A DNA stretch of 55,401 bases from contig CAVVOP010000010.1 in NCBI GenBank assembly GCA_963749915.1, positions 1-55,401 on the forward strand, given 5' to 3'. This document shows positions 10,975 to 21,484 of this stretch, one piece after another (the first letter of the stretch is position 1; every line of letters begins with the position of its first letter). Made by a program: the position numbers and the translations under genes. Below the pieces are notes generated by a model. The model was not told the DNA's origin. It did not search any database and worked only from the letters and a program-made list of their open reading frames with translations. The DNA is from an uncultured cyanobacterium. GTDB lineage: Bacteria; Cyanobacteriota; Cyanobacteriia; Cyanobacteriales; Cyanobacteriaceae.

Positions 10975-11529
10975 CTGACTTTTCACGGTATCTTTTCCCT
11001 GAGAAAGGGTTTGGGTGTTAGGGGTTGGGTGATAGGGAAAATTCAGTTTTTGTTTTCGAGGGCACGAATCAATGCTGATAATAATCTTCCGAGGGATTCA
11101 CATCTATTTAAAAGAGAATCAATGACTTTCCCCTCTCCTAACTTTACCCTTTTCGACAATAAAAGATGAGTTTCTAATTCTTTAAGAGAGCCTTGTGCTA
11201 TGTATAAAAACTGTATATATTCTTTTCGGGTTTTTCGACCATGCCCCTCAGCGACATTGGCGGGAATAGAGGCTGATGCTCGACGAATCTGAGAAATTAA
11301 CCCGTAAAGTTCTTCTTTGGGGAAATTGCGAGTAACTAAGTAGCATTCTTCTGCTAAATCCATGCCTGTTTGCCAAACCTTTAAGTCTCTATAGGATTGT
11401 ATTCCCATCAGTTTCTAAGTGTTTTTTTTGACTGTTCAACTATTAAAGCTTATCCTCAATCCCTAATCCTAACACCCAACCCCTAACACCTAACACCTGT
11501 CAACCGAAAAAGATGCCGTGAAAAGTTAG
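10975..11529 (-). mobile_element. Non-autonomous TIR element carrying a four-helix-bundle gene
   Basis: TIRs CTGACTTTTCACGGTATCTTTT / AAAAGATGCCGTGAAAAGTTAG (20/22); perfect 10-bp TSD CTTAGCCGTT at 10965-10974 and 11530-11539. Confidence 0.92.
11043..11408 (-). CDS. Four-helix-bundle protein (23S rRNA IVP / Avd-like family)
   Basis: YRDLKVWQ, FPKEELYGLISQIRRA..SI.AN.AEG and L.IA.GSL.E.ET motifs. Confidence 0.92.
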   Translation of the reverse strand: MGIQSYRDLKVWQTGMDLAEECYLVTRNFPKEELYGLISQIRRASASIPANVAEGHGRKTRKEYIQFLYIAQGSLKELETHLLLSKRVKLGEGKVIDSLLNRCESLGRLLSALIRALENKN

Positions 11530-13811
11530 CTTAGCCGTTAACCTGGCTGATTTTATTATTAAAGATATAGGCAGAATAATAGATCGCCAAGTTATCCCCA
11601 CAGTACAAGTATGGCGAGAATCAGCTAATCCCGCTTCGGTTGTCATCGAAACCCCTGTTTACCGTCAAGAATACGGATTGTGGGAGCATCAAAAATACTT
11701 TGTCAAATTAGCCTTTGAAGCTCATCAAAAACCATCAGGAGCCAGATATTTATTAGCAGATCAAGTGGGATTAGGGAAAACTATGCAATTAGCCATGTCG
11801 GCAATGCTTATGGGTTTATATGGTAATCGTCCGATCTTAATTCTCGTACCCAAACCTCTGTTATGGCAATGGCAAGAGGAAATGAAAAACTTACTAGATA
11901 TGCCTTCAGCCGTTTGGGATGGGAAACGCTGGATTGATGAAAACGGCATTGAATACCCTACTCTTGGTGCTGGGGGAATTAAACAATGTCCTCGGCAAAT
12001 CGGGATCGTATCTCAAGGATTAGTTACTAGTCGCTCGGAAGCTTCCCAATATCTCTTAAAATTATCCTATGAATGTGTAATTGTCGATGAATCTCACCGT
12101 GCTAGACGTAAGAATATTAAACGAGATCAACCTCAAGATGTACCCGAACCGAATAATTTATTAGCTTTTTTGGAACAAATATCTCACCGTACTCATAGTT
12201 TACTACTCGCTACCGCCACTCCCGTACAAATTCACCCCATCGAAGCATGGGATTTATTGAGAATTTTAGATGGCGAGCGAGAATTTATCTTTGGTAAACC
12301 TTGGAGTCATTGGCGTTTCCCTAATTATTCTTTACCTGTGGTTATGGGACAAATAGAATTACCTGACGATGATTTAGAACGCTGGAATTGGATTCGTAAC
12401 CCTTTACCCCCTTCCAATTCAGATCGCTGTTTGCAAATGCTTCGCCGTAGTTTAAAACTAGATGATCATATTCCCGTCGCACCCCCAGAAGCATGGGAAC
12501 AATTACGCCCAGCTGATAAAAGACGAGTCAAAGATTTAGCCAAAACCTTTGGCACCCATCATAATCCTTTTATTCGTCATATTGTTCGCCGTACTAGAGA
12601 ATATCTAGAAACGACGATTAACCCTGAAAGTAATGAACCATTACTACAGCCAGTGAAAGTAGAATTATTAGGAGAAAAACCCGAAGAAGCTATCCGTTTA
12701 CCTCCTTACCTCCAAGACGCTTATGAGGTTGCCGAGGAATTTTGTCAGTTAATCAATTCTCGTTTGAAAACAGGTGGTTTTTTTAAGACATTTTTACTCA
12801 GAAGAGTGGGAAGTACCATTTATGCAGGAAGAATTTCGGCGGAGAAAATGCTTGAAGGTTATGACGAGACCGAACAAGACAACGGCACTCTTTTTACTGG
12901 GGAAGAAGATGAAGCAGAGGATGAGCAAAGACCAGAAAGAGGTTATACTCTGACTTTAGAAGAACAAGAATTACTCAGAGCTTTTATTGACAGACTCAAA
13001 GCTAATCAAGAGCGAGATCCCAAATATGCAATAGTCATAGACTTACTGTTAAAACAAAAATGGTTTCAACAGGGATGTATCATTTTTTCGCAATATTTTG
13101 ATTCCATTTGGTGGTTAGCTCAACAATTAACCGAAACTATACCCGATGAGTCGATCGGGATTTATGCTGGGGGAAATAAATCAGGGATAATGTTCAACGG
13201 GCAGTTTAATCGTTGTGAGCGAGAAACCCTAAAAACTCAGGTTCGCTTGGGAGAATTACGCTTAATTTTAGGTACCGATGCTGCTTCCGAAGGACTTAAT
13301 TTGCAGCGTTTGGGAACACTCATCAACTTAGACTTACCCTGGAATCCTACCCGTTTAGAACAACGTAAAGGACGTATTCAGCGTATTGGACAAATTAGAG
13401 AAACCGTTTTTATCTATAATATGCGTTACCAAGGTTCGGTAGAAGATAGAGTTCATGAGCTTCTCAGCGATCGTCTTGAATCGATTCATGCCATGTTTGG
13501 GCAAATTCCCGATGTTTTAGAAGACGTTTGGATTGACTTAGCCATGGGAGAAATTGAAAAAGCGAAAACTACTATTGATACTGTTCCTCAACAACATCCC
13601 TTTGAATTAAAGTACCACAACATTGAACGAGTTGAATGGGAATCTTGTAGCCAAGTACTAGATGCCGACTGTAAAAGAAAACATCTTTTAAAAGGATGGT
13701 AGTAAATCCAGGGGATAAATTGTTTTTCGTGCCAGTGGGAAAGAATTACTTTGGATAAGGACACTTTGAATAAGTAATTCACTCAAAAAATACAGTCAAA
13801 TATATCTGACG

Positions 13812-13860
13812 TATGATTTGGCGGAAATAGAAGGTTCGTGCAACGAGGGGCAAGTGACAA
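13812..13860 (+). repeat. 49-bp repeat, inverted copy at 24401-24449
   Basis: TATGATTTGGCGGAAATAGAAGGTTCGTGCAACGAGGGGCAAGTGACAA; 45/49 identical to the reverse complement of 24401-24449. Confidence 0.85.
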
Positions 13861-13937
13861 CTTGTATTCCGTAAATTACCTCTTTTTCCGGCTCGATTGA
13901 TAAGAAAAACAAATAATAACTTTTACTTGTTGATATC

Positions 13938-14208
13938 TTACGCTGCGAATGGTTGCGTTAATCTCGAAATCCTCTCATTCATATCCAACTTAAACAGACC
14001 ATAAGGATTGACATGACTAAAAATAAGAGGCGTAATTGCTCGCAAATCAGTAGCCGTCAGCTTTTTCTCCCAATGCTTTTGAGCTAGCACACTCTGAATC
14101 ATCAAAGTATTTATATACACTAAACAAATTTGTAATAAATGCAAAGACAATACCGATAACTCCTGAGTTTCCAAACGATTCGAGGCAAACTCCCCACCCT
14201 TACCATAG
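13938..14208 (-). pseudogene. Tn3 transposase C-terminal remnant
   Basis: [15 protein letters not shown]...TPL.F.HVNPYG.F motif. Confidence 0.85.
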
Positions 14209-14472
14209 AACCCACATTCCGCATCCGCACGTCAATTTGCACTATGTCATGTAATACCTTAACGCCTTGTTTACAAAATATTCTCCAAGTAATAAAACAA
14301 CGAAATTGAGATTAAACAAATATAAATACTGTAAAAATCTGTATATGGCGATGCCAAAGGCACAGCGAAGCTGCCCGCAAAAAACAATAAATATATGTAT
14401 TACCTATAGTAAAGTTGCGTAAAAGTCATTAAAATATGATTGTTTTCTAAAAGAACATGCGGAATGTGGGTT
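14209..14472. mobile_element. MITE-like element with a 16-bp perfect TIR
   Basis: AACCCACATTCCGCAT (14209-14224) and ATGCGGAATGTGGGTT (14457-14472); non-coding interior; no TSD seen. Confidence 0.65.
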
Positions 14473-14524
14473 ATATATTTCAAGAAATCTAATTTTCAAG
14501 TCCAGTCATAGTAAGTATTTCAGC

Positions 14525-14562
14525 CTTAGCGCACGTTTTCGTACGGTTACTACCGATCGCCC
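14525..14562 (-). repeat. 38-bp Tn3-type terminal inverted repeat
   Basis: Reverse complement GGGCGATCGGTAGTAACCGTACGAAAACGTGCGCTAAG ends in the Tn3-like CGCTAAG. Confidence 0.8.
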
Positions 14563-14744
14563 GAATAGCTTTCCACACTCGATATTGTAGAAGGAAAAGG
14601 TTTTTCTGGAGTTGCTTCCAAAGACCAAATAAAGTATCAGGTATTGGTTAAAGTGAATTCTTCGACATATTTAAACCTTTATTCGCTCGTTAATAAATAA
14701 CCAATCCCCCATCCTACAATCCAAAATCCCAAATCTAATATCTG

Positions 14745-16487
14745 TTAATTGATTCGTTGCTTCAATAATTGCACGATCGCTTCCTCCCCATGCTTATTAA
14801 CATACTGCTGTAACAGATTCAGAGTAGTAACAGATAGATTTAAAGGTTTAAGAGTAGGTGCAGTATCTTCTAAATCAAGCAATTTAGTAGGATTATCAGG
14901 ATGAGTTTTTAAGATCCCCTTTTCTACCAAGAATCGGGAAAAAGCACCATTGAGAGTAGGAGTACTCAATCTCTTCTGATATATTTGTAATCCTTTATAG
15001 ACTTCTTCCTCAACCTCAACATACCATTTACAACCTTGTCCTGCTTTATAGTTAAGCCCTTCTTTTATCAGAATTTCTTTCTTCTGAGGTTTTTGTGGTT
15101 TAGATAATGATGGTAAATCTAAATCTTGGAGTCGGATTAACTCTCGTTGGTCATTATCAAAAGCAACCACAAGAGAATGAGGAGAGGGAATCTGGGTAAC
15201 AACTCCTTCCAGTCCACCAAAATAATGATTATCTTTTACTTTGACTCGATCGCCCACTGATAAGGGATTAGTTATTTTCTGTTTTCCTTTACTGGGTTTG
15301 ACGTTGGTAGAATCTATTAATTCAGCATCAGTATTATCATTATCTATTTCCGCCGGTGCATCATCAAGATAGTTATTTTGCTGAAAATCTGTAACTTCTA
15401 TATCTTCCTTAAGTTGTTCAGAAATTATCTGATTATCTTCTGCTGGTGTTAATGATTCTGATGACTTACTTTGACCGATATTTCCGACCCTCATCTTCGC
15501 CTCTATACCATCCTTGGTAATATAAGTTCTTATAACTTCTTTGTTACTTTCCTGATTACCACTGATAATATTATCAGTGAGATTACTATTGTTACTTTCC
15601 TGATTACCACTGATAACGTTATCAGTGAGATTGCTATTGTTAGCGAAAGTATTACGAGCAAGGTTAAAAATATCCTGACGAAGTTTAGAAACAAAAGGCT
15701 GACTAGTCGATGTTTTTCTAGCAATTTCTCGATCGCTCCATTGACTCCATTCTTCATCATTAAGGAGAGTAAAAACAGCTTTTCTTTTGTCCTCATTACT
15801 ACGGCGTAAACCATGAATAGAATTGACACCCAGAGAAAACAATAAAGCTTCTCGGTAAGTACCAGATTTCTCGATAAAGGGTAATTCAGTTATTCCAGCT
15901 TGTTTCGCCGCTTCTACTCGGTGAAAGCCATCAACCAAGTAATAACGGGGAGTGGGCAGTAGAATTTGACTGTGTTCAGTAACCAGAGAGTCGGCAGTGG
16001 AGGTTAATTCAGAATTATGAGAATCAAATAATTGATTATTTTCACTACTCCCTACTTGCTCCCCACTCCCTACTTGCTCCCCACTCCCTACTTGCTCCCC
16101 ACTCCCTTCCTCTCTCCAGACGGTTATAGGAGGAAGTTCGACACCTTCAGAATAAGCATTTTGATAATCATCCACCACAGAATCATTAATCTCTACCCTC
16201 TGCTGTAGGTTGACATCAATGGTAAGTAAAGTTAGCTTAATCTTTCCTGATACTTCCCGAATGCTATCTGAGATCGCCATAGGTTTATTAACCTTCTGAA
16301 GATTGTTAGCCAGTTCGGGGGTAGGAAGATTAGAACTATCCCAATTAACCCAAAACTGCAACATCTTGCCGTTATTAACGTGAATGTCAGTTACTTTGCC
16401 GACATTCCCCCTCGCAAATACCCAATCACCGATTTTGACATTATGGGGATTGAGAGAAAAGTCAGGATAATGTTTAGATTTAAGCAT
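14745..16487 (-). CDS. ParB/Srx-domain HTH protein with a KOW-like C-terminal region
   Basis: LPPITV...YLVDGFHRVEAA, N..HGLRRS..DKRKA and WSDREIAR...S..FV motifs. Confidence 0.8.
   Translation of the reverse strand: MLKSKHYPDFSLNPHNVKIGDWVFARGNVGKVTDIHVNNGKMLQFWVNWDSSNLPTPELANNLQKVNKPMAISDSIREVSGKIKLTLLTIDVNLQQRVEINDSVVDDYQNAYSEGVELPPITVWREEGSGEQVGSGEQVGSGEQVGSSENNQLFDSHNSELTSTADSLVTEHSQILLPTPRYYLVDGFHRVEAAKQAGITELPFIEKSGTYREALLFSLGVNSIHGLRRSNEDKRKAVFTLLNDEEWSQWSDREIARKTSTSQPFVSKLRQDIFNLARNTFANNSNLTDNVISGNQESNNSNLTDNIISGNQESNKEVIRTYITKDGIEAKMRVGNIGQSKSSESLTPAEDNQIISEQLKEDIEVTDFQQNNYLDDAPAEIDNDNTDAELIDSTNVKPSKGKQKITNPLSVGDRVKVKDNHYFGGLEGVVTQIPSPHSLVVAFDNDQRELIRLQDLDLPSLSKPQKPQKKEILIKEGLNYKAGQGCKWYVEVEEEVYKGLQIYQKRLSTPTLNGAFSRFLVEKGILKTHPDNPTKLLDLEDTAPTLKPLNLSVTTLNLLQQYVNKHGEEAIVQLLKQRIN
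15560..15627. promoter_or_regulatory. Two perfect 20-bp palindromes inside the parB-like gene (candidate parS)
   Basis: CACTGATAATATTATCAGTG (15560-15579) and CACTGATAACGTTATCAGTG (15608-15627), within a 48-bp duplication just after the HTH codons. Confidence 0.55.
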
Positions 16488-17937
16488 AGTGTGTTTGACC
16501 TCCTCCCATAGTTTTTAGCCATTGAGCTAAACGATTTTTGAAATTCTCATTAACGGGTATTTCTTCGGCAGATTCCTTGGTATAGGTTTTATACTTTTTC
16601 CCCTCAGCATCAGCAACAGTGGAATTATGAGTTATGAATGATGAATTATGAATTACCTCGTTTTCCTTTTCGTCATTTACTGGCTTTTGATCATTTATTG
16701 ATTGGCTATAAATATTTACGTTGGAGGGAACGGGCAACGGGGAACTGGGAACGGTGTTTTCACTACTCCCTACTCCCTGCTCCCCACTGCCTACTTGCTC
16801 ACTATTCCCTATTCCCTCTTCCCTGTTCCCTTCTTTTACTTGGGGTAATTGACGAATAATGATTTCTTCAATACTGCCTACTTCCTGTTCCCTGTTCCCT
16901 TGAAAAGATACTGATTGTTCTGAATCTAATGGTTTAAGGGCAGAAAGTCGCTCGATCGTCTCCTGTTGTTCTTCTGGGGAAATGGTACAACCATGATCGA
17001 GGCGATCTTTAATGTTCTGAAGTTTAGCGAAATACTCTTCTTGATACTGTTCCCAACGAATAGGCAGTTTAGCAGGATCATTACGGAAATAAGCCAGTAC
17101 ATTCGCCTTAGACTCATAAATATCACAATCTTGATACTTAACCATCCATTTCTTCGCTAACCACTCCTGAAAGGCTGGATCTAATTTGCCGTTAACATTC
17201 CAGGCACCATCTAGCAACCACTGCCAAATCGAATTGCGAGTTCTGGATGATGAATAATGAATATCCTCTTGTTTATTGCTTGTTTTCTGTTCCCTGACAA
17301 CAATACTACTAGCCGAGACATTTTTCTCGACCTTGAAGTTTTGGGGATTAGCTAGTATTTCTGTATTAGATTCTTGGTTAAAAGAACTAATATACTGTTC
17401 TACTTGATTATTTTCTTCTTCTTCTGAAATACTCCAATAATCTGTGTGTGTGTCACAGTCTGGATACGTATGAATAGTTTTATTAGTTTGAATAGTCTGA
17501 GAGAGATTGGAATCTAGTTTTGGCAATGGTTCTGGGCTTTGGTTTTCGCAATTTTGAGAATCTATTCTCATTTTTGAGAGTGGTTTCTCATTTTTGAGAA
17601 TAGTTTCGCAATTTTGAGAATGGCCTCTCATTTTTGCGAATCCTAAGATATTCTTAAATCTCCAACCCTTGTCCTCAGCGTTGATTAATTCGGCTTCCTT
17701 CAGTTTAGACATTGCTCGATAAAAGCTGGCTTGACTTATGGCCAAAAGTTGGCAAATATTCTCAATGTCAGGCAGCTCGCACCAGCGATCCCCAAAGGGA
17801 TCAATTAAACTCAGGAAACTGTAAACCTTCCAATCATTCCCTGATAACTTGGAATTCCATATTTTGAAGATCGCCTCTTTAGATAGTTGGAAGAAAGACT
17901 TAAATGTCTCTTGTTCGATGCTTAATGTCGTCATCAT
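16480..17937 (-). CDS. Putative replication initiator (N-terminal wHTH) with intragenic iterons
   Basis: wHTH ICQLLAISQASFYRAMSKLKEAELI, then a repeat-encoded segment; overlaps the start of the parB-like gene. Confidence 0.6.
   Translation of the reverse strand: MMTTLSIEQETFKSFFQLSKEAIFKIWNSKLSGNDWKVYSFLSLIDPFGDRWCELPDIENICQLLAISQASFYRAMSKLKEAELINAEDKGWRFKNILGFAKMRGHSQNCETILKNEKPLSKMRIDSQNCENQSPEPLPKLDSNLSQTIQTNKTIHTYPDCDTHTDYWSISEEEENNQVEQYISSFNQESNTEILANPQNFKVEKNVSASSIVVREQKTSNKQEDIHYSSSRTRNSIWQWLLDGAWNVNGKLDPAFQEWLAKKWMVKYQDCDIYESKANVLAYFRNDPAKLPIRWEQYQEEYFAKLQNIKDRLDHGCTISPEEQQETIERLSALKPLDSEQSVSFQGNREQEVGSIEEIIIRQLPQVKEGNREEGIGNSEQVGSGEQGVGSSENTVPSSPLPVPSNVNIYSQSINDQKPVNDEKENEVIHNSSFITHNSTVADAEGKKYKTYTKESAEEIPVNENFKNRLAQWLKTMGGGQTHYA
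17541..17640. repeat. Five 20-bp palindromic iteron-like units
   Basis: Core TC(T/G)CA-N4-TG(A/C)GA repeated at an exact 20-bp period. Confidence 0.85.
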
Positions 17938-18086
17938 TACACCTCACCCTGAGCTAAAATTTTGTCAGTCACCAATTTGTTCGTGATTCTTTGAGGATGT
18001 GTTATTTGTATTGTCATAATATTACTTAATAAGATAGTTGACCGAAAGCAAGACCCCATCCCCTGACGAAACGGGGCTTTTTGGGG

Positions 18087-18575
18087 TTAAACTTTTTGGG
18101 TTTGTTGGTTTCCAAAACGGTGTAACCACTCCTGTCTAGTGATTTCACCATTAGCGAATGGTGGGACTTTTGGGAAAGTGGGGGGAGGCTGGGGATTTGA
18201 TTTGTGCTCCTTCTTCCAGAGGATTCTGCCGAGACCGTACTTTGAACAGCATCTTCTCAGGCATTGAGCTTCGACGTTCGTGGCCGGAGTGCCATAGGCA
18301 TCGAGGTCCACATCTTCATCTCCACTGGCTTGACGGGAGATGGAGCGGTCTTCACCGATAATGGTTAATTCCCAAACTTGGGTTAAGCGATTACCGATCT
18401 GTTGTTGATCAACCATCCGCCAACTCCAGCCATCGATGCCCGCACGTGCGTCCAGTAAATCGGCTAAATTTACCCAAGAAATATACTCAATGCGATTGCC
18501 CTTGATCATCTTGTAGCTGATTAGTTTCGGGGGAACAGGCTGCTGCAGACGTTCCAGTATTTCAGTTAGTTTCAT
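18087..18575 (-). CDS. Rad52/Rad22-like single-strand annealing protein
   Basis: IEYISW...LD.....WSW...LTI...SRQASG...NVEAQCLRRCCSKYGLGR.LW pattern. Confidence 0.75.
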   Translation of the reverse strand: MKLTEILERLQQPVPPKLISYKMIKGNRIEYISWVNLADLLDARAGIDGWSWRMVDQQQIGNRLTQVWELTIIGEDRSISRQASGDEDVDLDAYGTPATNVEAQCLRRCCSKYGLGRILWKKEHKSNPQPPPTFPKVPPFANGEITRQEWLHRFGNQQTQKV

Positions 18576-18954
18576 TTTTCTTCTCCTTACTGTAAAAAGA
18601 GAAAGGCAGGATGATTTTCTGTACCGTTGCCCCAGTTAAAAACTTCTCCGGCTAACGCCCCGCAGATGACGACACTCTCACAAAGTTGAGAGGTTTGGTA
18701 TGATGGATAGTCAGAATAATTTAAAATTGTCATTGTAGATCCTCCGGATTTACATAGCGGCGTGTGGTAGGGGTTCAATCTAGTCACACGTCGTAATTGT
18801 ATTTTGCTGAACCTTTGGTTAACTTCTAAGGCTTGAGGTTGGTTCTTTCCTTTTCCTTGTTTCCATTTTACAATTGATAAAAGGAAATGTCAAGAATGTT
18901 TGATCGATTTTTTTTGGGTATAATGGGAACAGGCATATAGACAAAAATTTTTAA

Positions 18955-19197
18955 ATGTACGATAAGATGATGAGCAAGAAAAAATATACAAGAGGTGAAC
19001 ATCCGCATAGTAAGGCAAATCTGTCTTTTAGCGAAGGTCGTCCCTGTCTATATTCTGAGCCCAAAAAAAATAGGACTGTATGTTTGACACAGCGAGGATG
19101 GGATGAGCTAAAGTTACTGGCGAGAAATTTGGGCTATTCTAGTGTTTCTGATTTCATGGAAAAAGTGGCAAGAGGGCAGATCAAAATATCGGCTTAA
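18955..19197 (+). CDS. Small putative DNA-binding protein, divergent from the rad52-rep-parB operon
   Basis: GRP...EPKK.RTVCLT..GWD.L...A..LG.SSVSDFMEKVARG (RHH-like). Confidence 0.5.
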   Translation: MYDKMMSKKKYTRGEHPHSKANLSFSEGRPCLYSEPKKNRTVCLTQRGWDELKLLARNLGYSSVSDFMEKVARGQIKISA

Positions 19198-19663
19198 CAT
19201 AGTTCTTATTGGCAAAAAGCAAGAACGTAGGGATGGACATATCGGGGTTCTTTGTACAACACCACAGATTAAGAAAAACTCTCAAAATAGTACTCCGGAA
19301 GAGTTTTGGCTCTTAAATGACCATATTATCGGTTTTTTGGGTGCGACTATCCAGTACTAGTCAACAGACAACTCCCTACCAACTAATTAAGCACCAAAAA
19401 CGGCAATTTTCCGACTGCTCTCAGCCATTTCCTTAAGCTAAAACGCATTTCCGTTACAACTTCAGATTCAAGATAGCAAGGGTTTCACAGTTTTAAACCG
19501 CAGATTAAATGCTGCTTAGCTTAATAATAATCGCCCTTGCTTGTTTTCTTTCCTTTCCATCTGGGCAGTTCAATCTGCCCCTTCACTTGTCTAAAAAATT
19601 CTTTGACAATCATAAATTAGTTAATTTGGAAGAAAGAAACTACTTTCAATCAAGAAAAAAATA

Positions 19664-19891
19664 ATGCAGATAACCAAAACAGAACTTAAAACTCAATTAG
19701 AGGAACTACTAGAGCGATTAGATGTGGAGAATGAAGACATCATTATTGTGGATGGAGGTAAGCCCGTATTTAAGCTCTCTAAATATGAGGCATCACCTAG
19801 CACAGAAGAATTATTTGCTCCCCTCAGAGGTAAGGTTAAATACTATGAAGACTTAACCACTCCTACGACGGAAGAGTGGAGTGAGCTATGA
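19664..19891 (+). CDS. Phd/YefM antitoxin
   Basis: ELK..L..LLE......IIIVDGGKPVFKL; overlaps the PIN toxin gene. Confidence 0.85.
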   Translation: MQITKTELKTQLEELLERLDVENEDIIIVDGGKPVFKLSKYEASPSTEELFAPLRGKVKYYEDLTTPTTEEWSEL

Positions 19892-20280
19892 AAATAGTTT
19901 TAGATACTTGTGCTTTGATTTGGTGGAGTTTAGATCCAGATTACCTTTCAGCTTCAGCTAAGCATCTTTGTGCCACCATGGAAGAACAAAAAAATGGTTT
20001 AGTCGCTTCCATTTCCTTATGGGAAATTGCACTCAAGGTAAAAAAAGGTAAATTAGATTTGGGAACAGATATAGAGAGATATATATCTACTCTATTTCGT
20101 TCGGATGTCATTCAAATTATTTCCATTGATGTCAGTTTGTGGGTCGATAGTGTTAATTTAGATTGGGAGCATAAAGATCCTGTAGATCGAGTGGTGGTAG
20201 CTCTGGCAGCTCAGTATCAGGCTCAGTTAATAACTAAAGATACTGCTATCAGAGATTTTTATTCTCTGACTATCTGGTAA
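19888..20280 (+). CDS. vapC: VapC/PIN toxin
   Basis: VLDTCALIW, SISLWEIA and HKDPVDR motifs. Confidence 0.9.
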   Translation: MKIVLDTCALIWWSLDPDYLSASAKHLCATMEEQKNGLVASISLWEIALKVKKGKLDLGTDIERYISTLFRSDVIQIISIDVSLWVDSVNLDWEHKDPVDRVVVALAAQYQAQLITKDTAIRDFYSLTIW

Positions 20281-20467
20281 AAAAATTCCTCAGAATTCGA
20301 GCGGTGCAACCGCCTAGGGTCGGAAACAGTAGGCAAAAAGTCATCACCGAAGACAAAAAGAGACTGTCCTCTTGGGGAGGGAGAGATTATGTCTTGATTA
20401 TAGGTTATCCTCAAGGAAGGAACACAACAAAAGGAGACTATCGTTGTAAAACCCTGTCCTTATCGCC

Positions 20468-21322
20468 ATGAATTCCCCTCATCAACCCCTGACCGAAATC
20501 ACTGATGACGCTTCCCTGATTAGGATGTGGCTTACTGGCAAAGGTCTGCCCACTCAAAAACTCTATACCCGAACTGTACGACAGTTTTTTGAGTTTGTCG
20601 GCAAACAGTTGGCGGATGTCCACTTGGAAGATCTACTCCAGTGGATGGAGTCTTTGGTCTATCGGCGTTATGGTAAAAATACTGTCTGCTTGAAGATTTC
20701 GGTGGTTAAGTCCCTATTCAGTTATGGGTCGAAGATTGGCTATCTCAACTTAAATGTGACGGCTGCTCTGAAATCACCTTCTCAGGTAAACGCCATCCAT
20801 GAACGCTTCCTCGAACAAGAGGAGATCAGGAAGTTGATTGTGGCGGCCCAACCGGGACGAGATCACTGTCTGTTAACTATCATCTACAGCACTGGGTTAA
20901 GGGCATCTGAGGCTTTGGGCATTAATTGGCGAGATCTACAGCCTAGAACGAATGGCGGTCAGGTAACGGTCATGGGTAAGGGAGAAAAGATTAGGACTGT
21001 CCTGATTAACCAATCCCTCTGGCAACAGCTGATATCACTGCCACGGAAAGACGGAACAGATGCAGTTTTTGTTACTAAGTTCGGCAATAGGCTAGACCGC
21101 CACCAGCTTCATCGGATTATCAAGGCGGCGGCTGAAAGAGCAGGGGTTAATTCCCATGTCTCCGCTCACTGGTTACGTCATGCCCACGCCTGCCATAGTT
21201 TAGAGAATGGGTGTGATATTGATGTGTTAATGCGAAGTCTGGGTCATAGCTCCCTCACTGTTACATCTAAGTACCTCCACGCTAGACCGAATGAGGGTTC
21301 TTCTCAGTTTATTGATTTGTAG
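20468..21322 (+). CDS. Tyrosine recombinase (XerC/D-like)
   Basis: TGLRASE, GKGEK, HWLRHAHA and LGHSSL..TSKY motifs. Confidence 0.93.
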   Translation: MNSPHQPLTEITDDASLIRMWLTGKGLPTQKLYTRTVRQFFEFVGKQLADVHLEDLLQWMESLVYRRYGKNTVCLKISVVKSLFSYGSKIGYLNLNVTAALKSPSQVNAIHERFLEQEEIRKLIVAAQPGRDHCLLTIIYSTGLRASEALGINWRDLQPRTNGGQVTVMGKGEKIRTVLINQSLWQQLISLPRKDGTDAVFVTKFGNRLDRHQLHRIIKAAAERAGVNSHVSAHWLRHAHACHSLENGCDIDVLMRSLGHSSLTVTSKYLHARPNEGSSQFIDL

Positions 21323-21355
21323 GGGCAATCGATTATAGCAACAGACTCAATGAAG

Positions 21356-21456
21356 TCTGGTTCCCAGACCGATAAATCGAACTATGCCAAAACCCATCAA
21401 AATAGCAATAATGATTGGCATAATGACCACATACTGGGTATGCTGAGGATCTTGCC
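21356..21456 (-). pseudogene. Fragment of a paralogue of the 39411-40112 gene
   Basis: Minus strand reads QDPQHTQYVVIMPIIIAILMGFGIVRFIGLGT. Confidence 0.75.
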
Positions 21457-21484
21457 TTTTCGCTATCCTCACCAGTAAACTTAG

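Larger units (their letters stand above)
10426..13702 (+). pseudogene. PLD-nuclease + SNF2 helicase of the restriction-like system, split by a 555-bp insertion
   Basis: HGKAG...GSTNET PLD motif. Removing 10975-11539 joins ...WQNPLAV to NLADFIIKDIGR...YGLWEHQ in frame with ORF 11678 (LADQVGLGKT, DESH, QRKGRIQR), giving about 903 aa. Confidence 0.9.

Noticed and set aside
10975..11169. C-terminal tail of ORF 10426-11169
   Set aside because: Read-through into the inserted element, antisense to the four-helix gene.
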